From: Takakia lepidozioides
Taxonomy: Eukaryota > Plantae > Bryophyta
DNA length: 64,000 nt
Assembly (NCBI GenBank): GCA_030704615.1
Contig: CM060732.1
Location: 12,524,001 to 12,588,000, forward strand
Direction: 5' to 3'
Shown here: positions 25,614 to 38,837 of the stretch, in pieces
Layout of the letters: every line of letters begins with the position of its first letter
Position numbering within the stretch: the stretch's first letter is position 1
Notes under the pieces: model-generated
The model's input: the letters and a program-made list of their open reading frames with translations, nothing else
Told to the model about the DNA's origin: nothing
The model's database searches: none
Program-made: the position numbers and the translations under genes

Positions 25614-28600
25614 TAGGTGCTTTCTCTGGAAGAAAAACTGCTAGGTGGGTGTGACACTCTTCCAATTACGGTCTATCTGCCACACCAGGGTCCTAAACTA
25701 GCAATCTTATAAATCGTCATAGCAAATGGTTTTGTTTTAGCGTCACAGAACATTAGAAGGCCGTGCAGAATGCTCATGTCGTCAGCATTGCAACTCGTGA
25801 GATTATGATGTAACTCTACACATGGATGTCGAATCCATGTAATCCACCTTCAAAACTCTGACTTGAAATTCTAGTACAAACTATGGTCCCAGGCTAACTC
25901 TCTAATTGACACAAGTGGATTCTAGATTCGAAAAGATAGCCCAGTAACATGAAGAGGTACTTAGAAGAAGCCAACGCAAGAATGCAGAGGCGAATAGTTA
26001 CAACCCTTTAATTCTGATGCTACAATTGGTATGGATTCAACTAGAAGAGTTTCAACTATTTGTCCAGCAATTGGATGAATGACCAAACTTGGGATTCCGC
26101 CTTATAAATTTGGTAGTCCTTAGTATATTACTAGATGAAACATTCGGATGAAACCCAATAAAAACAAACTTCTCGGGCCCTGATCCCAACCGCGCTGACC
26201 ATAGCCATAGTGTATTGAAGAAGACGAGAGGTTCTTCATTACTCCAAACAGGAATTCTAGCATGTGTAGCTCGCAAAGTGACTGAACAGTGGAGCAATTT
26301 CAAAATGCAGGACAATGAATGCAGCGAGACAATGTCAGGAATGCTCACCGCAAAGAATGTGACTTGGGAAGATACACAAGGGGTACTTTCAGTCAGTTGT
26401 TCATGAGGCCAATAAATGGGGTATCTCATCAGTGACACGTACAAAGGGTCTGCAGACTTTTAAGTTTTAAACCCAGCTTTGGTGGGACCCAATTCCTTCT
26501 TTGATAGCAGAGGGTTCCGTTTACCAAGTCAGTGTACACACTTGTTTCTCGGTCGCTATTGCCATGGTGATGGCAAATTGAAAGACGAATACTTTAAATA
26601 GTTGCAACTTGCGACGGGCGCTGTGCCGGAGGACAATCTACCCCGGAGTGTACTCCTCTCACTGTTAATGCAATTGCAACAGTTTCAAGTTTTGTTTTGC
26701 ACAGGTTCTGAGATAGTCCCCTGAAAGAATGAAAGACTAATGTCCAGACCTCTAAGTAGTCATCAACCGCCGTTCCTTGTAATCGCCCGAAGGTGATTGA
26801 ACCTTCTGTGAAGAAGACATCCACAAACTTCACCTTGTTTTGAGATAGTTTCAAGCCGATTCGCAGAGTGCTCGGACGTTAGGTGTGCTAGAGAGTCCTA
26901 CATTTCCCAGGGCAAGAATGGAATTGACAAAATCTGTTGAGAAAGTGCTACTAGAGGCTGCAAGCTCACAGACAATGCCGCTAGTGCTGCCGTCAAAACC
27001 AATTTCTTGATCGATTTTCAGGAGCCCCTTGTTGGTCTGGATGTTGGTGTAGTAGCTTGTGTCGAATGAGAACTCTGATCCGACGTCAAGGGCGACATTG
27101 CTGGTGTCGCCTGATGTGTTGGGACATGCCGACTGGAGAGTAACAAGGTACGTGGGGTCAAAAGTGGGGTCTGCCGCACCAGTGCCGTCGAAGTTATACA
27201 AGCGGTCAACAAATTGAAGGCACTGTGAAACACCCACTGTGTGCGACCCTGCTTACAACAAGCTGATGACGTTAGCTCAGAGTACCGTTGAATCACAGGA
27301 TATTGAATGATTTCAATTACAGAAGCATGCCCGTGTTATGCTCTCAGAGCAGTTGAGCAACGCATATACATGTACATACCTAGGGTCACATTAAAAATTG
27401 TTATCGAGGTATGTGAAGTTTGAGAAGACCTAAGAATCTGTGTTTCTCATGTATAGAGAAAACATTTCCGGACGTTATCTGGATTGCACCCTGTGCCTGA
27501 AAATCTCGCAGCATATGATATTGCACATCAATGTGCTTTGTTCTTCGATGAAACTCCGGATTCAAGACCAATCGGATTGCACTTTGATTGTCTGAATATA
27601 AGGGAGTAGGGTCATTCTGTGTGTGCCCAAGATCAGATAGCAACCTTCATAACCAGATTGTCTCCTTCGCAGTTAAACAGGTTGCTATGTACTCTGACTC
27701 TGTCGTGGAACCTGCTGTGCACATTTGTTTTCTGCTCACCCACGTAACAGCTGCTTGATTGAGTAATGTGACGCTCCTACTTCTAGATCGTCGATCGTCC
27801 AAGTCCCCTGCATAGTCAACATCAGCAAAAGCCGTAAGATTGTTTGAATTCTTGCAACGTGAGTAGCACAGACGATAGTCTGTTGTCCCCCTGAGATATT
27901 TGAATATCCTCTTTACAGCTGTGCAATGAATTCGTTTGGGATTCTGTGAATACTTGGCCACAGTGCTGACCGCATATGCAATGTCTGGTCGTGTGCCAAT
28001 CATGGCGAACATCAAGCTCCCAACTGCCTGTTGGTAAGGAAACTCATGTTCCTCTTCTTCATCTTCACCTCTTGGTAGATGCAACTGCACATTGGGATCT
28101 GCAGGTGTACTCACTGTATGTGCATCCCCAAATCCAAATTTCTGGATTATGAACATCACGTATCGGTGTTGGTCTATGGTGATCGATCGCAATCCCCTGT
28201 TTCTTTCAATGTGAAGGCCAACATAACATTCGGCGCTTCCAGCTTTAACTTCAAATTCCTTGTTAAGAAAACTAATCATACCATCCAGTATTTCTTTGCT
28301 CTCCGAGCAACCTAGCCCATCATCCACGAAAATGGTGGTGAATAACTTTGGCGGTGAGTTGTGAAAATACACACAGGGGTCTGCTGCGCTAGGTTGCAGG
28401 TCATATTTGACCAGAAAATCATTGAACCTCGTGTTCTATGCCCTCGATGCTTGACGAAGTCCATATAAACTTTTTAATAGTCTACAGACTTTCTTTTCTT
28501 CTCCTGGCTTCATATACCCTCTGGACTGATCCATATATATCTCTTCCTGTAACTCTCCATGCAGGAAAGCGGTTTTTATATCGAACTGAATCACTCAGCG

Positions 28601-31600
28601 GCAGCCACTGCTAATAGGGTTATGATTGAATCGAATTTCGTAACGGGGGCAAAAGTTTCTTGAAAATCAATTCCATACTCCTACGAGTATCCTTTTGCAA
28701 CCAACCGGGCTTTATACCTCTCAATACTCCCATCTGCTCGAGGCTTTACCTTGTATACCCATTTGTACTTCACTGTGTGTCTTCCCTTTGGCAGATCAAC
28801 AAGCATCCACGTTTCATTTTTGTGTAACGAGTCAATTTCTTCCTTCATTGCTAGCTCCCACTTAGCTCGATCAGGAGACATCATCGTCTCCTCATACCGT
28901 TTTGGCTCCTCTGGTAATGGTATGTATTCAGTTATTCCAGCAAACGTAGGATAATTACTCTCCCACTCGCCGAATGCCTGTGGTGGCCGTCGAGATCGAC
29001 GTACTTCTGTTCCCTGACTTTGCAAGCTTGGTGCAACCCGCTCAGGCCCTGTGTTTGCTGCATGAATTTCGCCTTTATCCATGGCAATAGGTAGATCCAC
29101 TACTAGCTGAAGCTCAGGATGCTCATTATGCTGGTCAATCGTATTCCCCTCAGAATTTTGTACTTCTAGAGCCATTTTGTCTCCAACTCCCTCAAGTACC
29201 ATAGTGCATGTGTTAGGTCTGCTCATCATTTCTTCGATGGGTGAAGAATTACGGTTACCCTTCTCATCTACTAACACATCACGGCTGATGACTATGTGCT
29301 GCTGTTCAATATCCCATATCCGATACGCCTTAGATTCCACACTGTAACCAAGAAATATGCACTTTTTGCTCTTGGCATCCAATTTTTTTCTCAGCTCTTT
29401 GGGTACATGTGAATATGCCATGCTACCAAACACTCGTAGATGGCTGATGTCAGGTTTCTTCCCATTCCAGGCCTCCAAAGGTGTTTTTCCATTCAACACC
29501 CTGGTTCCCGTTCGATTTAGGGTGTATGCAACTGTAGTGGCAGCTTCTGCCCAGAAATTAGGACTGAGACCTTTTGCTTGCAGCATACATCTAACTCTTT
29601 CAACCAGAGTCATATTGTCCCTTTCGATGACACCATTTTGCTCTGGGGAATATGACGCTATAAGTTCCTGCCGAATTCCATTTTTTTCAAGGAAAGTCTT
29701 AAATTTTGCGCTCAAGAATTCTCCTCCTCTGTCGCTTCTAAGCTTTCTCACTGCATGTCCTGTCTCTATCTCTGATTCCACACACAGCTGCTTGAAGAAC
29801 TTGAGAACTTCTCCTTTTGTTTTCATGCAATACATCCTATAGCTGCTATGATCATCTTTAAACATGACAAAATGTTTGGAACCTCCATGTGAGTCTACAT
29901 TCATTGTACACACATCAGCATGGTAGAACTCTCCAGGAGTCTGAACCCTCTCACGTTCTTCATTTACTGGAAACGCAACTCTGTGATTCTTGCCCATGGC
30001 ACAACCTTCACAGAACTCCAGATCTGCATTAGGGTTCAGTGTTTTCATACCATCGACGATTTGTGTTTTCTCCATTTGTTTAATCATGTCGACACTGATG
30101 TGTCCAAGTCGATCATGCCACGTTTGAAGACTTGCTCCCCCAATTGTCACCGCCACATTTGCTTGAATATTATCCGTCGACAATACCATGTTTGCTTGCA
30201 GAGATTCTCCCGTAATCACTTTGATTTGCAGTTTCCAAAGGTTTCCCTCTCTCACTCCAATCATCATAAGAGGTCCCCTTCCCTGATTTGCATACAGCTT
30301 ACAAGTACGCTTATCATAGATGACGATGTAATCTTTGTCTACAGCCTTCGCTACTAAGAACAGATTCTTTCTGAGGTCAGGTACAAACAACACGTTGTGT
30401 ATTGTTCCCTTTCTCCACTCACTTCCTGCTAGGGTTAGGATATCTATATCCCCTATTCCACTTGCCCATACTGTAACATCAGTGGCAACTTGTACTCCCC
30501 AACGATGAGATTCAATCTTCTTAAGATTTTTGAACCATTGCATCTTGTTGGTCATGTGCTCAGATGCAGCACTGTCCGAGTACCAGGATATATCGTCTTC
30601 ATCGCCAACTTTCTCTCCAATTGACGTGTTGTTGTACATTGCTGCATTAGCATTGCTAATATGTACAATCTTTACCAGATCATTGACAATGTTCTGATCA
30701 GTGTTTCTTCGTTGTGTCACTGAGCCATCATCGACACACTCTCTTTCTTCATGATGAAATGCAGTGGCAGCATAGGCATTGCTCATCTTAATGGATTCCA
30801 CCATGTTAGTAGCGATACTCTTCGTACATTCTCGTTCCCAGTGCCCAACTTCACCGCAGGTGTTGCACCTCGTTTTCTTTTTTAACTCCGCTATTCTTTC
30901 AGCTCTCTCCTTCTTCTGCTCCTTTGTCAGAAAACTTCCACCACTTGTGGATGAGTTATGTCTTCCTTTGACATGCTTTGTGAAGAAAGCTTTATCCATG
31001 ACATCCTCCGTGTTTCCTCGCGCTTTTCTCAACGCTTCTTTTTTGAGTAACCTAGATTGCAAGTTGTTCAACGTCCTCTCGGCAGCGGGTACACTATCCC
31101 ATGCATCTAAGATTTTCTCATAGCTTGGAGGTAAAATGCACACTATCTTTGCCATGATAGCTGATTCAGTCATCTTCTCACCAAGATCACTCAACTATTT
31201 TGCCATCAGTTCTATCTTGCTGATATAACTGGAGATGCTCTCATTTTCTTCCATCTTGAGATGATACATCTTGCTTTGTAAGACATGAATGTTCTCGGTA
31301 GCATTTTGCTCATGAACTGCCACTAGTTTTGCCCACATCTCTACCGAGTTTGTGCAGTTTACCAACTGTTGCAGGTGATTCTTATCTACTCCTTGTGTAA
31401 TATACATGCAGGCATTGCTGTCCCTATCATCCCATTTGTCTTTATCCGAGGCCACTGCTCTCAAATCCTTCCCACTGACAAGAGACCATAGCTTCTTGGC
31501 TCTTAGGAGAATCATCATTTGAAACTTCCATAGAGAAAAATTCTCTCCTGAAAATCTCTCTATCTGCATCACATCTTTCGATGTGGTAACTGAACTCATC

Positions 31601-31725
31601 TTTGCTGCTATTTCCTAGATCTCTCTGCTAGTTCTAGTTTCATTCGTGAACAAAATCAAGAAAAAAAACTCTCAGAAATAAAATTGTTCACGAAAGCACT
31701 CTCTGAATGAGCTTCAAACGTTTGT

Positions 31726-31737
31726 GGGCCCATACCC
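31726..31737 (-). promoter_or_regulatory. Primer binding site, half-tRNAiMet (copia-type)
   Basis: Minus strand GGGTATGGGCCC lies immediately after the LTR-terminal CA and resembles the GGTTATGGGCCC internal-tRNAiMet PBS of copia-type elements. Confidence 0.6.
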
Positions 31738-32112
31738 TGTAGAAAAACTCAAAGCACACAATACTATCTAGAACAACAATTCAAAGATTCAGGCAATCAA
31801 AACACACGAATGGTATCAGAGCACTTTACACTACTGCAATTCCACCATCAGGCATCAAGTTTTCAGCACCACAAAGACTCTCTGTAGTAAGCCTAAATAC
31901 TATTCGTAGTAACGATTGCTCGGCGCTGGCGGGAGTCTAGTAATTCAAAATAATGCTGTCACTATTCATCCGTAAATAGTACGCAGTAACAACACCTTGG
32001 CCAACTGCATGTCTCCGTTAAATCCTAGTGTACCCTAATTGGCCTCTGACTTAGATATTCCGTCATGGAATAAATCAGTGTAACTCGTAACTCTTGATGA
32101 CTTGCAGTAACA
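31738..32112 (-). repeat. Putative 5' LTR of the copia element (TG...CA, ~375 bp)
   Basis: The minus strand starts TGTTACTGCAAG and ends TTTTCTACA, directly followed by a PBS-like sequence. The upstream boundary is unverified because the second LTR is missing. Confidence 0.55.
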
Positions 32113-34981
32113 TGGTCACACTGCGATTTCAACCAGAAAAAACAACATCTGTGTCAGACCACGATCGGTGAAGAGAGTAGTGGACTGAGCGATCGTAAAA
32201 TTAGGGCCTGGCAGGTTCACAGGTTGGAGAGGAACCATCGTAACGACCTGTTGGTACATTGTAACTGGGTCCACCTAGCTGCACATGGATTGTATCAAGT
32301 AATTTAAGTAGAGATAATTGTATGTTGATGTACAGATTCAGGTGCCAATTCAGAAACCTTTGGGACTGCCAATAGTCCAAATCTCGTACCAGTTGTGTGA
32401 CTGCAATATAGCATACTGTATGTTACCCAAGCTCAACTTGTAGAGTTACCCCCTTTCAAACTCTGCCAATTCAAAGCTTCTGAAGTCCCAAAATACAACG
32501 TGACGAGTTTGTCTCTCCTTTTCTTGCATCTCCTCCGCATAGCTACGTTGAGTTTAAGTCTCCCTCTTTTCTTGGCACGGTCTATGCGACAAACAGTTGT
32601 TGATGATGCAAACTGAACATAACCAGGGGACGCAGGAGGCTTACAATGTTGACAGATCCCTCGCAGCAAGGGCAACTATATCAGCACATGATACGACTCC
32701 TGGACAGGAGGACTCCAGCTGCGTCTTGGCATCATTGATGACACTGAATCCTCTGAGGGAGAGGTTACTCGGAGAGTTTTGTTCTGAGTTTGTCCCAGTT
32801 ATCAGAACCGATCCGTCGCAACCCTGTGAAGTATCACGCAACAATTACTAATCCATGTTAGATATATACCACAATTTTCCGTAGCTAGGGTCTCTATTTT
32901 TTGCCTTGGAGGAGAAGAGGGAGGAGATATGGGTTATCTGAGAGTCGCATATACCTACTACAACGTCAAACAAGGGTAGGAAAATAATGGCAGGTCGATT
33001 CGCCTGGACTCAACTAGGGGTCATCATGGAGGAACCTTATTTTATTGCCTTCAGGTCCTAGTTCGTAACTCAGACCCTGCTCGGGGTTATTTGTAGCAAC
33101 TTTCAGATCCTTGAAATTCGGCATAAAAAAGCCGAAAATGTTATGGTCCATGGATAGAACCTCACATTGACAAAGCAGTCGTGAAATTGCAGACGGATCA
33201 GACTGGCAGTGATGGTATTGTCTGAGTCATGTGCTGTCTTTACGACGCTGGTCACTGTCGACTCTACACTTGGACACGAAGTGTCGTAATAGCCTACTGA
33301 AACGGATTGCGCTAGTATCCAGTGCCATGGTTGAGCAAGCATCAACGTAAACATCCATGTCATAATTTCTCGCGCACAATTACCTCTACACACTGCCATA
33401 TCTATAGTCAAAGAAGAAGTTTGAGGGCCTATATAAGATGCCAAGAGATCAAGTACGAGAAAAACGTAAAGAGAGAGAAATTCGTTTTGTAGCCGTAACT
33501 GTGTCGAAATTCTTCGGGTGAGTCTGTATGTAGGAGAAAGAGATTACAAGTAGAAGCTGGAAGAAATATTGTGTGGCTCTGTACTGTGAGATCAGCGGGG
33601 TTTGAGCTTTGAAAATCCGACTGAAAGACAAGGAGGTGGAATGAGGATTGAAGGTGGGCGGCCCTTATATATGTTGGCTAACGAAAACCCGCAAGATGAG
33701 AAGGAGCTGGCCCATTCACAAATGTGCATGGATCGATCGAAAGCTGGTGCCAGCTAAGCTTCGAAGATGTGGTCCATGCAAAAGTACTCTAAGCGGTCAT
33801 AGGTTCTTTTCGATGATTCCTGCTGCCATATTGGCAGAAGGAGCCAGGAAACTCCTGTGACAAGAGAATTTCCAAAGTAGCTCCCTGAAGAGCGACAGAG
33901 ATGCCGACACGTCTATCATCATGTCCGAAATCTTGAAAAAGAGAGAAAGCTCAGCATTGGTGGCGGAAATCCTTCAAATCTTGAAGGCCCACCTACTCCG
34001 TAACAGCCTTCGAACCTCCCCGAGCAAGCTGCTCCCCGGACCTGTTCCAGATCTGTTGTATTCTTCGAGCTTCTACCCCCTGTGGCCTCTGCTTTTGGGT
34101 CAGCACAACAAGTCAAAAGGTAGTCGTCTCCCTGCACTTTCCGATATATTCAGGTTGATTTCGAAATTCGAACGACAAACGGACGCCCAGATTTCAAATT
34201 CAACCACCCAACGAGAATCTACCGTCGGATGTGGATCCACATTCTGAATTCTAAGCGTCCGATCTTCACAGCGACAAGCATATATTGATTGATTCTGGCG
34301 GCGTAAGTTAGTTGGTTAAGTGAGGGCCCGCAACTCACTCACTTGCGCAGAGTCAATACTCACTTTAACTATTATTGGGCTTTGGGGTTAGTGTGGGCCC
34401 AATATTTATGTACCCTCACCTACAAATCGGCCTCTCTAAAGTGTTTTTTTCAAGACATTTTCAACTTAGCACGACTGGCATCCTGGGCCCACTTTATACA
34501 GCCCATGTATCAGAAGCAAACTCGAAACTTGTGGCTCTATTGCGAGTTGGTGCATAAGAATGAAAGATTACAAGAAGAGATAGGAAAGACGAAGAATCCA
34601 TCACTAACAGAGGTATCAGGGGCGAATACTATGGACAAAATGTCTAAATTCTGGCTAACAAAGCTACAGCACGCATACAAAATATACCTTGTGGGGGATT
34701 CGAAACCCCGGTCCATTGGACCTTGCTCATTTCAACACAAAGTATCTACACACACCACAAATCAGCAACAGCAAACCAAGCCCAACTGATTAGTAGTTAG
34801 TACCAAGTTAAACTCCCAACATGCTAGACTAAATGAATGTTCAAGCACTAAAGCCATGGTTACCAAGTATGATAGCACACAATTAAAGCAACCATAACCA
34901 GCCCATGGAAAAGACAAATTAGAAAACCAGCAAGCACAAGTGTGGTCTTTGAAATAGACTGCTATTTCTGCCAACAAAATT

Positions 34982-35420
34982 CTATCTAAGACACATATGC
35001 TGGAGATATGTTGATCTACTAGTATCACCCACGAACAAATAAATTGTTGCGCATCTCATAGGAATCTTGGTCTCCCTCCAACCTGCAATGGCCTCATGAT
35101 ATGGGAATGTCTCAACCTTGAAGAAATCATGTGCAAACATGCAAACAATAGTATTCAAATGGCCAACCAAGCGATTCCGCAACTTGGACTTCATAAATGC
35201 CAAAGTGTTGAAAGTTCGTTCGTCTTCCACACTTCCCAGCACCTAAACTACTGCAATCTCAACAAATCGCATGTGTACTACTCACTCAAGCGTTGAACAA
35301 GGAGGCCATTTGTTGAAAGTTATTGCCAAAGCTTTGTCATAGGGTTCATGTCAAAAGGCTCACCCATGGCCTTTTGAGCATTATTTTTCATTGTCAACTT
35401 GAATAGGGACATCTACAAAT
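34982..35420 (-). mobile_element. hAT transposase C-terminal (dimerisation domain) remnant
   Basis: GSVEDERTFNTLAFMKSKLRNRL matches the hAT S...ER.FS......K.RNRL motif. The upstream part is decayed. Confidence 0.75.
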
Positions 35421-35851
35421 CAAAGGGTAGTTGTAGGATAGGGTGTCTCACTTTCAGCAGATGATGACGTCCATGAAAGTCCATTTTTTTATTTTTTTCT
35501 AGCATATTTTTTCAATTTGATTCTTATAAAGATAGACAATAATATACTTAACATCTTTTTTTGTTTTATAATAAAAGGGATGACATCTTTAGTAAAGGGT
35601 CTAACCCCAATTATTATAGATATTATTTATTAAACAATTTAATCTTTAATTAGAATAAATTTTAAAAAATCAAAACTTAGAATCTATGACCATTTGTCCA
35701 TATACCACCTAGCCATCCTAGATTATATGTTTGTAGATGTCTGTTCAAGTCATAAAAAATTTGACGTTTCTTAGAAATCTCCCTAGAAGCATGTACCACA
35801 GTAAGATCAAGCACCACACATTCTGGCTCCACATTGCTGGTTGAAGCGCTC

Positions 35852-38607
35852 TGTCATGGTTAACTAGAATTACCTACTTCTAGTTAACGAGATATTTTAA
35901 ATATTTATATTTATATTTTGTGTGTTGGAACTTCAATTGGTCTCACATGTCAAGTGAGGTGTTAAGCCTCACTTGGACGTGGGGATGGGTTTCCCCTTGT
36001 GAGGGTTGAGGAGGGCTCATCTTCTTATAGTTGAGCCTCCATGAGCCTCTCTCACCTCCATAGCTCTAGGTATTGAGAAGGAGTGTGGTGAGGGCTTTAT
36101 AGGGTGGATTCCCTTAGTAAGGGTACCCTTGGCTTGACTTAGTTTATGTGATTGAGTGGATTTATGAGTGGAGTGTTTCCATTGTGTTCACTTTTCATTA
36201 TCACTACAAAAAGATGACCTTATGCTTGTGAGTGCGGAGTGTAAGGATTAGTTTAGCACTTGTGTTGGTGTACACCAAGGAGTGAGAGAGCTAAGGAAAG
36301 CTCAAGTATCTCACAAGACTTGCAAAGTGTTGCTAGGGATAGTTTTTTTGCATTGCATCAAGGAGGTGGAGAGCTCTTGAGTTATAAGACTTGGCAAGTA
36401 TTGCAAGGAGAAAACCTAGTGTGTGTGGAAGGTTGAGAAGAGAGCTAGAAGAATGAACGTCATCTCTTGTATCAAGTGTTGTGACAACCATTTGCCAAGG
36501 AAGTGGCTTGTATGATGATAATCTTGGATGTTAGGGTTTGAGAATCATTATTTTGTTCTATAGAGATGGAGCGCTTAAGGAGAGAGCTCTCACATCACAA
36601 AGCTTGCATGCTTGCAAGGGAGAGTGCTTGTATATGCACTAAGGGTTTGAGAGCTTGGAAAAGAGCTCTTGCATGATCACAAGATAAGCATCTTGTGTGT
36701 GGAGAAGATAGGCACTAGGGTTTTAAGAGCAAGCTCTAGTTGTTCATGGTGTGAGAGAGAAGCCTAAGAGCGGCACATGCTTGGGTTGGAAACACCATAG
36801 AATGAGTACAACAAGGGTAGTTTTAGGAGCATTGAGTCACTCAAGAAAAGCTAAGAAGTGGTTGTTCTATCCATGGTGAAATGAAGCCAAATGGGGTTTC
36901 ATTTGGTTAACAAACAAGCAAGCTAAGGCGCTAAAAGGGAGTGTTTTTCCTAGTTCTATGAGTTCTTGGATTGCTCTTGGTGAAGCAAGTGGTTAACCAA
37001 GCAAGCGGCTTATGTGTGGAGCATGCTTTCCAAGTGTGGCTTCCAACTTCAAGCTTGAGGAGAGCTAGAAGGTGAAGTGAGCAAGTTCATTCCTTTGTGT
37101 ATGAGGTGGTGCATGTGTGGAGCATGTTTTTGGCTTAAGCTTTGCCTTTTCAAGCTTGAGAGGAGTGGCTCTTGAGCTAGCAAGTGAAGGGAGCTTGAAT
37201 CACCAAAACTCAAGAGGAGCTCAAGTGGTGGACTCAAAGACCATAGTACATGGACAAAGATTGGAACTAGCAAGTGAAAAGTTGAAAACTCATCTTTTGC
37301 ATGAAGTGGCAATGTGTTGGTTCTTGTTACCATAAAAGAGAGCAACATCTTGAAGCTAAGAGGTGTACTATGCATGTGAATGGCCAAGGAAAAGCGCATG
37401 TAGGAGTATAAACAAGAGCAAAAAATGAGCAATGCTTTGATGCTTGCCAATGGGGAAGAATGTCTTGTTCGAGTTCCTACGAGCAAAAGAGCTTGTTTTG
37501 TAGCAAATGCATTGTTAGGTGAGTTGGAACCAAGCTTGGTTGTAGCTTGAGGTGAAGAAGAGCAAAGGAGATTGCTTTGGTATCTCATAGAAGTCATGGA
37601 TGCTTGAGGAGATCAAGCATGAAGCTCAAGGAAGCACAAATCCTAGCTTGGGATGCACAAACCCTAGCATAAGATGCACATGAAACCCTAGGTGCATGGG
37701 AACAGTCACCAAAGTGTTGGAACGGTCACCAAAGTGTGGGAACAATCACCAAAGTGTGGGAACTGTCACCATAGTGTGGGAACGGTCACTATAGGCTGGG
37801 AACATAGTAACATGTAAAGACAATATAGGGCTTTTTGGAGGATTTTCAAGGGCCTTTGGAGGATTGTTTGGGGGATCTTTGGGGTCCTTTGAGGAGAGCT
37901 TTTGGAAGCACTACAGGGAATCGCCGAAATAACGACTCAAAACAGTCGTTCCGGTCATTACGTGGTCGGAGTCGTTCCAGTCAGTCGTGACGCCGACTGC
38001 AGGGTAATTTTTAAGGTGTGTCGCCACGCGCGGCGTTGACTAAATCTTGGACCTTGACCACAGTGGACTTTTGACCGGGGGGTTCCGACTCCCCCACCGT
38101 GTGCACGCAAGGAATACAGCCGCGTGGCTCGGTGTGAAAACTCCACGTGTTCTCTTGGAGGCAAGACACGCGTCGTAGCCGCGTTGCTTCACGTTTCTGA
38201 ATAGCTACGATCTCGTACTACACGAGCACTAACCACTAGTTCAAAAATAACTAACAAGTCGTTTCAACGACTGCACGGTCAGATTGCGAAGTTGTGAACT
38301 ACGTCTCGGAGTGCTGGACTCGTAGTAGCGACCGGACTAGCGGTTACCTTCAAGGACACGCGTGGCTTCCCGGGTCTTGCCACATGCAAGCTTGAGGCCA
38401 CAGCACGTGGCGCAGAGAGTTGTTTGTTGGTTGGAGGTTTGAAATTCACTACCTCACTAGTGACTACATCGACTGTGGGTTGGGAACCAGGCACTCCTGC
38501 TGGTTGCACTGACTTGGGGGCTGCGACTTGTAGTTCATACATGTGCAATATTGTTTCTACTATGTCTGAATAGCAACACGGATGCTACGATCGATCTACT
38601 ACGACAT
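35852..38607. mobile_element. Non-coding LTR-like element (possible long solo LTR)
   Basis: TG...CA-bounded block with distinct purine-rich composition, no credible ORF and internal tandem repeats. No TSD found, so boundaries are tentative. Confidence 0.35.
37697..37805. repeat. 20-bp tandem repeat (GGAAC.GTCACCA.AGTGTG), ~5-6 copies
   Basis: Directly visible. Confidence 0.85.
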
Positions 38608-38837
38608 TGCAACCAACACAATCCATGCACACTGGGGATGATCATGTCATTGCCCTATGTGATCAGACTTCAGAACATACAAACCATGCCATCAATGCAC
38701 GAAATCAAATGAACTGCACAAGAGCATGTGACAATGTATTAAGATAACACCTCAAAATTGCCCCATACAGTGCACAAATCCATGAGTCCATAACGACCAA
38801 GATTGGAACCTGTTTCTGGATACTTCTGTGTTGTAAC

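Larger units (their letters stand above)
27470..32112 (-). mobile_element. Ty1/copia LTR retrotransposon, 3'-truncated and inactive
   Basis: gag 31599-31195 continues in frame past a TAG. It has a zinc knuckle CNTCGEVGHWEREC, protease WYSDSAASEH, integrase (WHDRLGH, CEGC, LRSDRGGEF, EQNGVIER), RT (YKARLVAKG, FVDDG) and RNase H (YSDNQSAI, RTKHID). Several stops and frameshifts. No 3' LTR found. Confidence 0.92.
26851..33399 (-). pseudogene. Class III secretory peroxidase, 4 exons, copia insertion in intron 3, apparent frameshift in exon 3
   Basis: Exon 1 runs to 33166 (YYDTSCP, IRLQFHDCFVN). Exon 2 32823-32645 ([24 protein letters not shown]). Exon 3 32278-32134 (GGPSYNVPTGRYDG, then a frame change to NLPGP). 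Exon 4 27248-26851 (GSHTVG, RLYNF, FDTSYY). Confidence 0.85.

Noticed and set aside
31192-31197. Programmed gag-pol readthrough at TAG in the copia
   Set aside because: The stop lies inside gag and other stops and frameshifts occur downstream; consistent with CAG>TAG decay.
37909-37920. CACTACAGGGAA preceded by AAG as partner of the CACTA TIR at 5411-5423
   Set aside because: Wrong order (a left end downstream of the right end), imperfect match and no subterminal repeats. CACTA-like words at ~10383 and ~36202 were rejected likewise.
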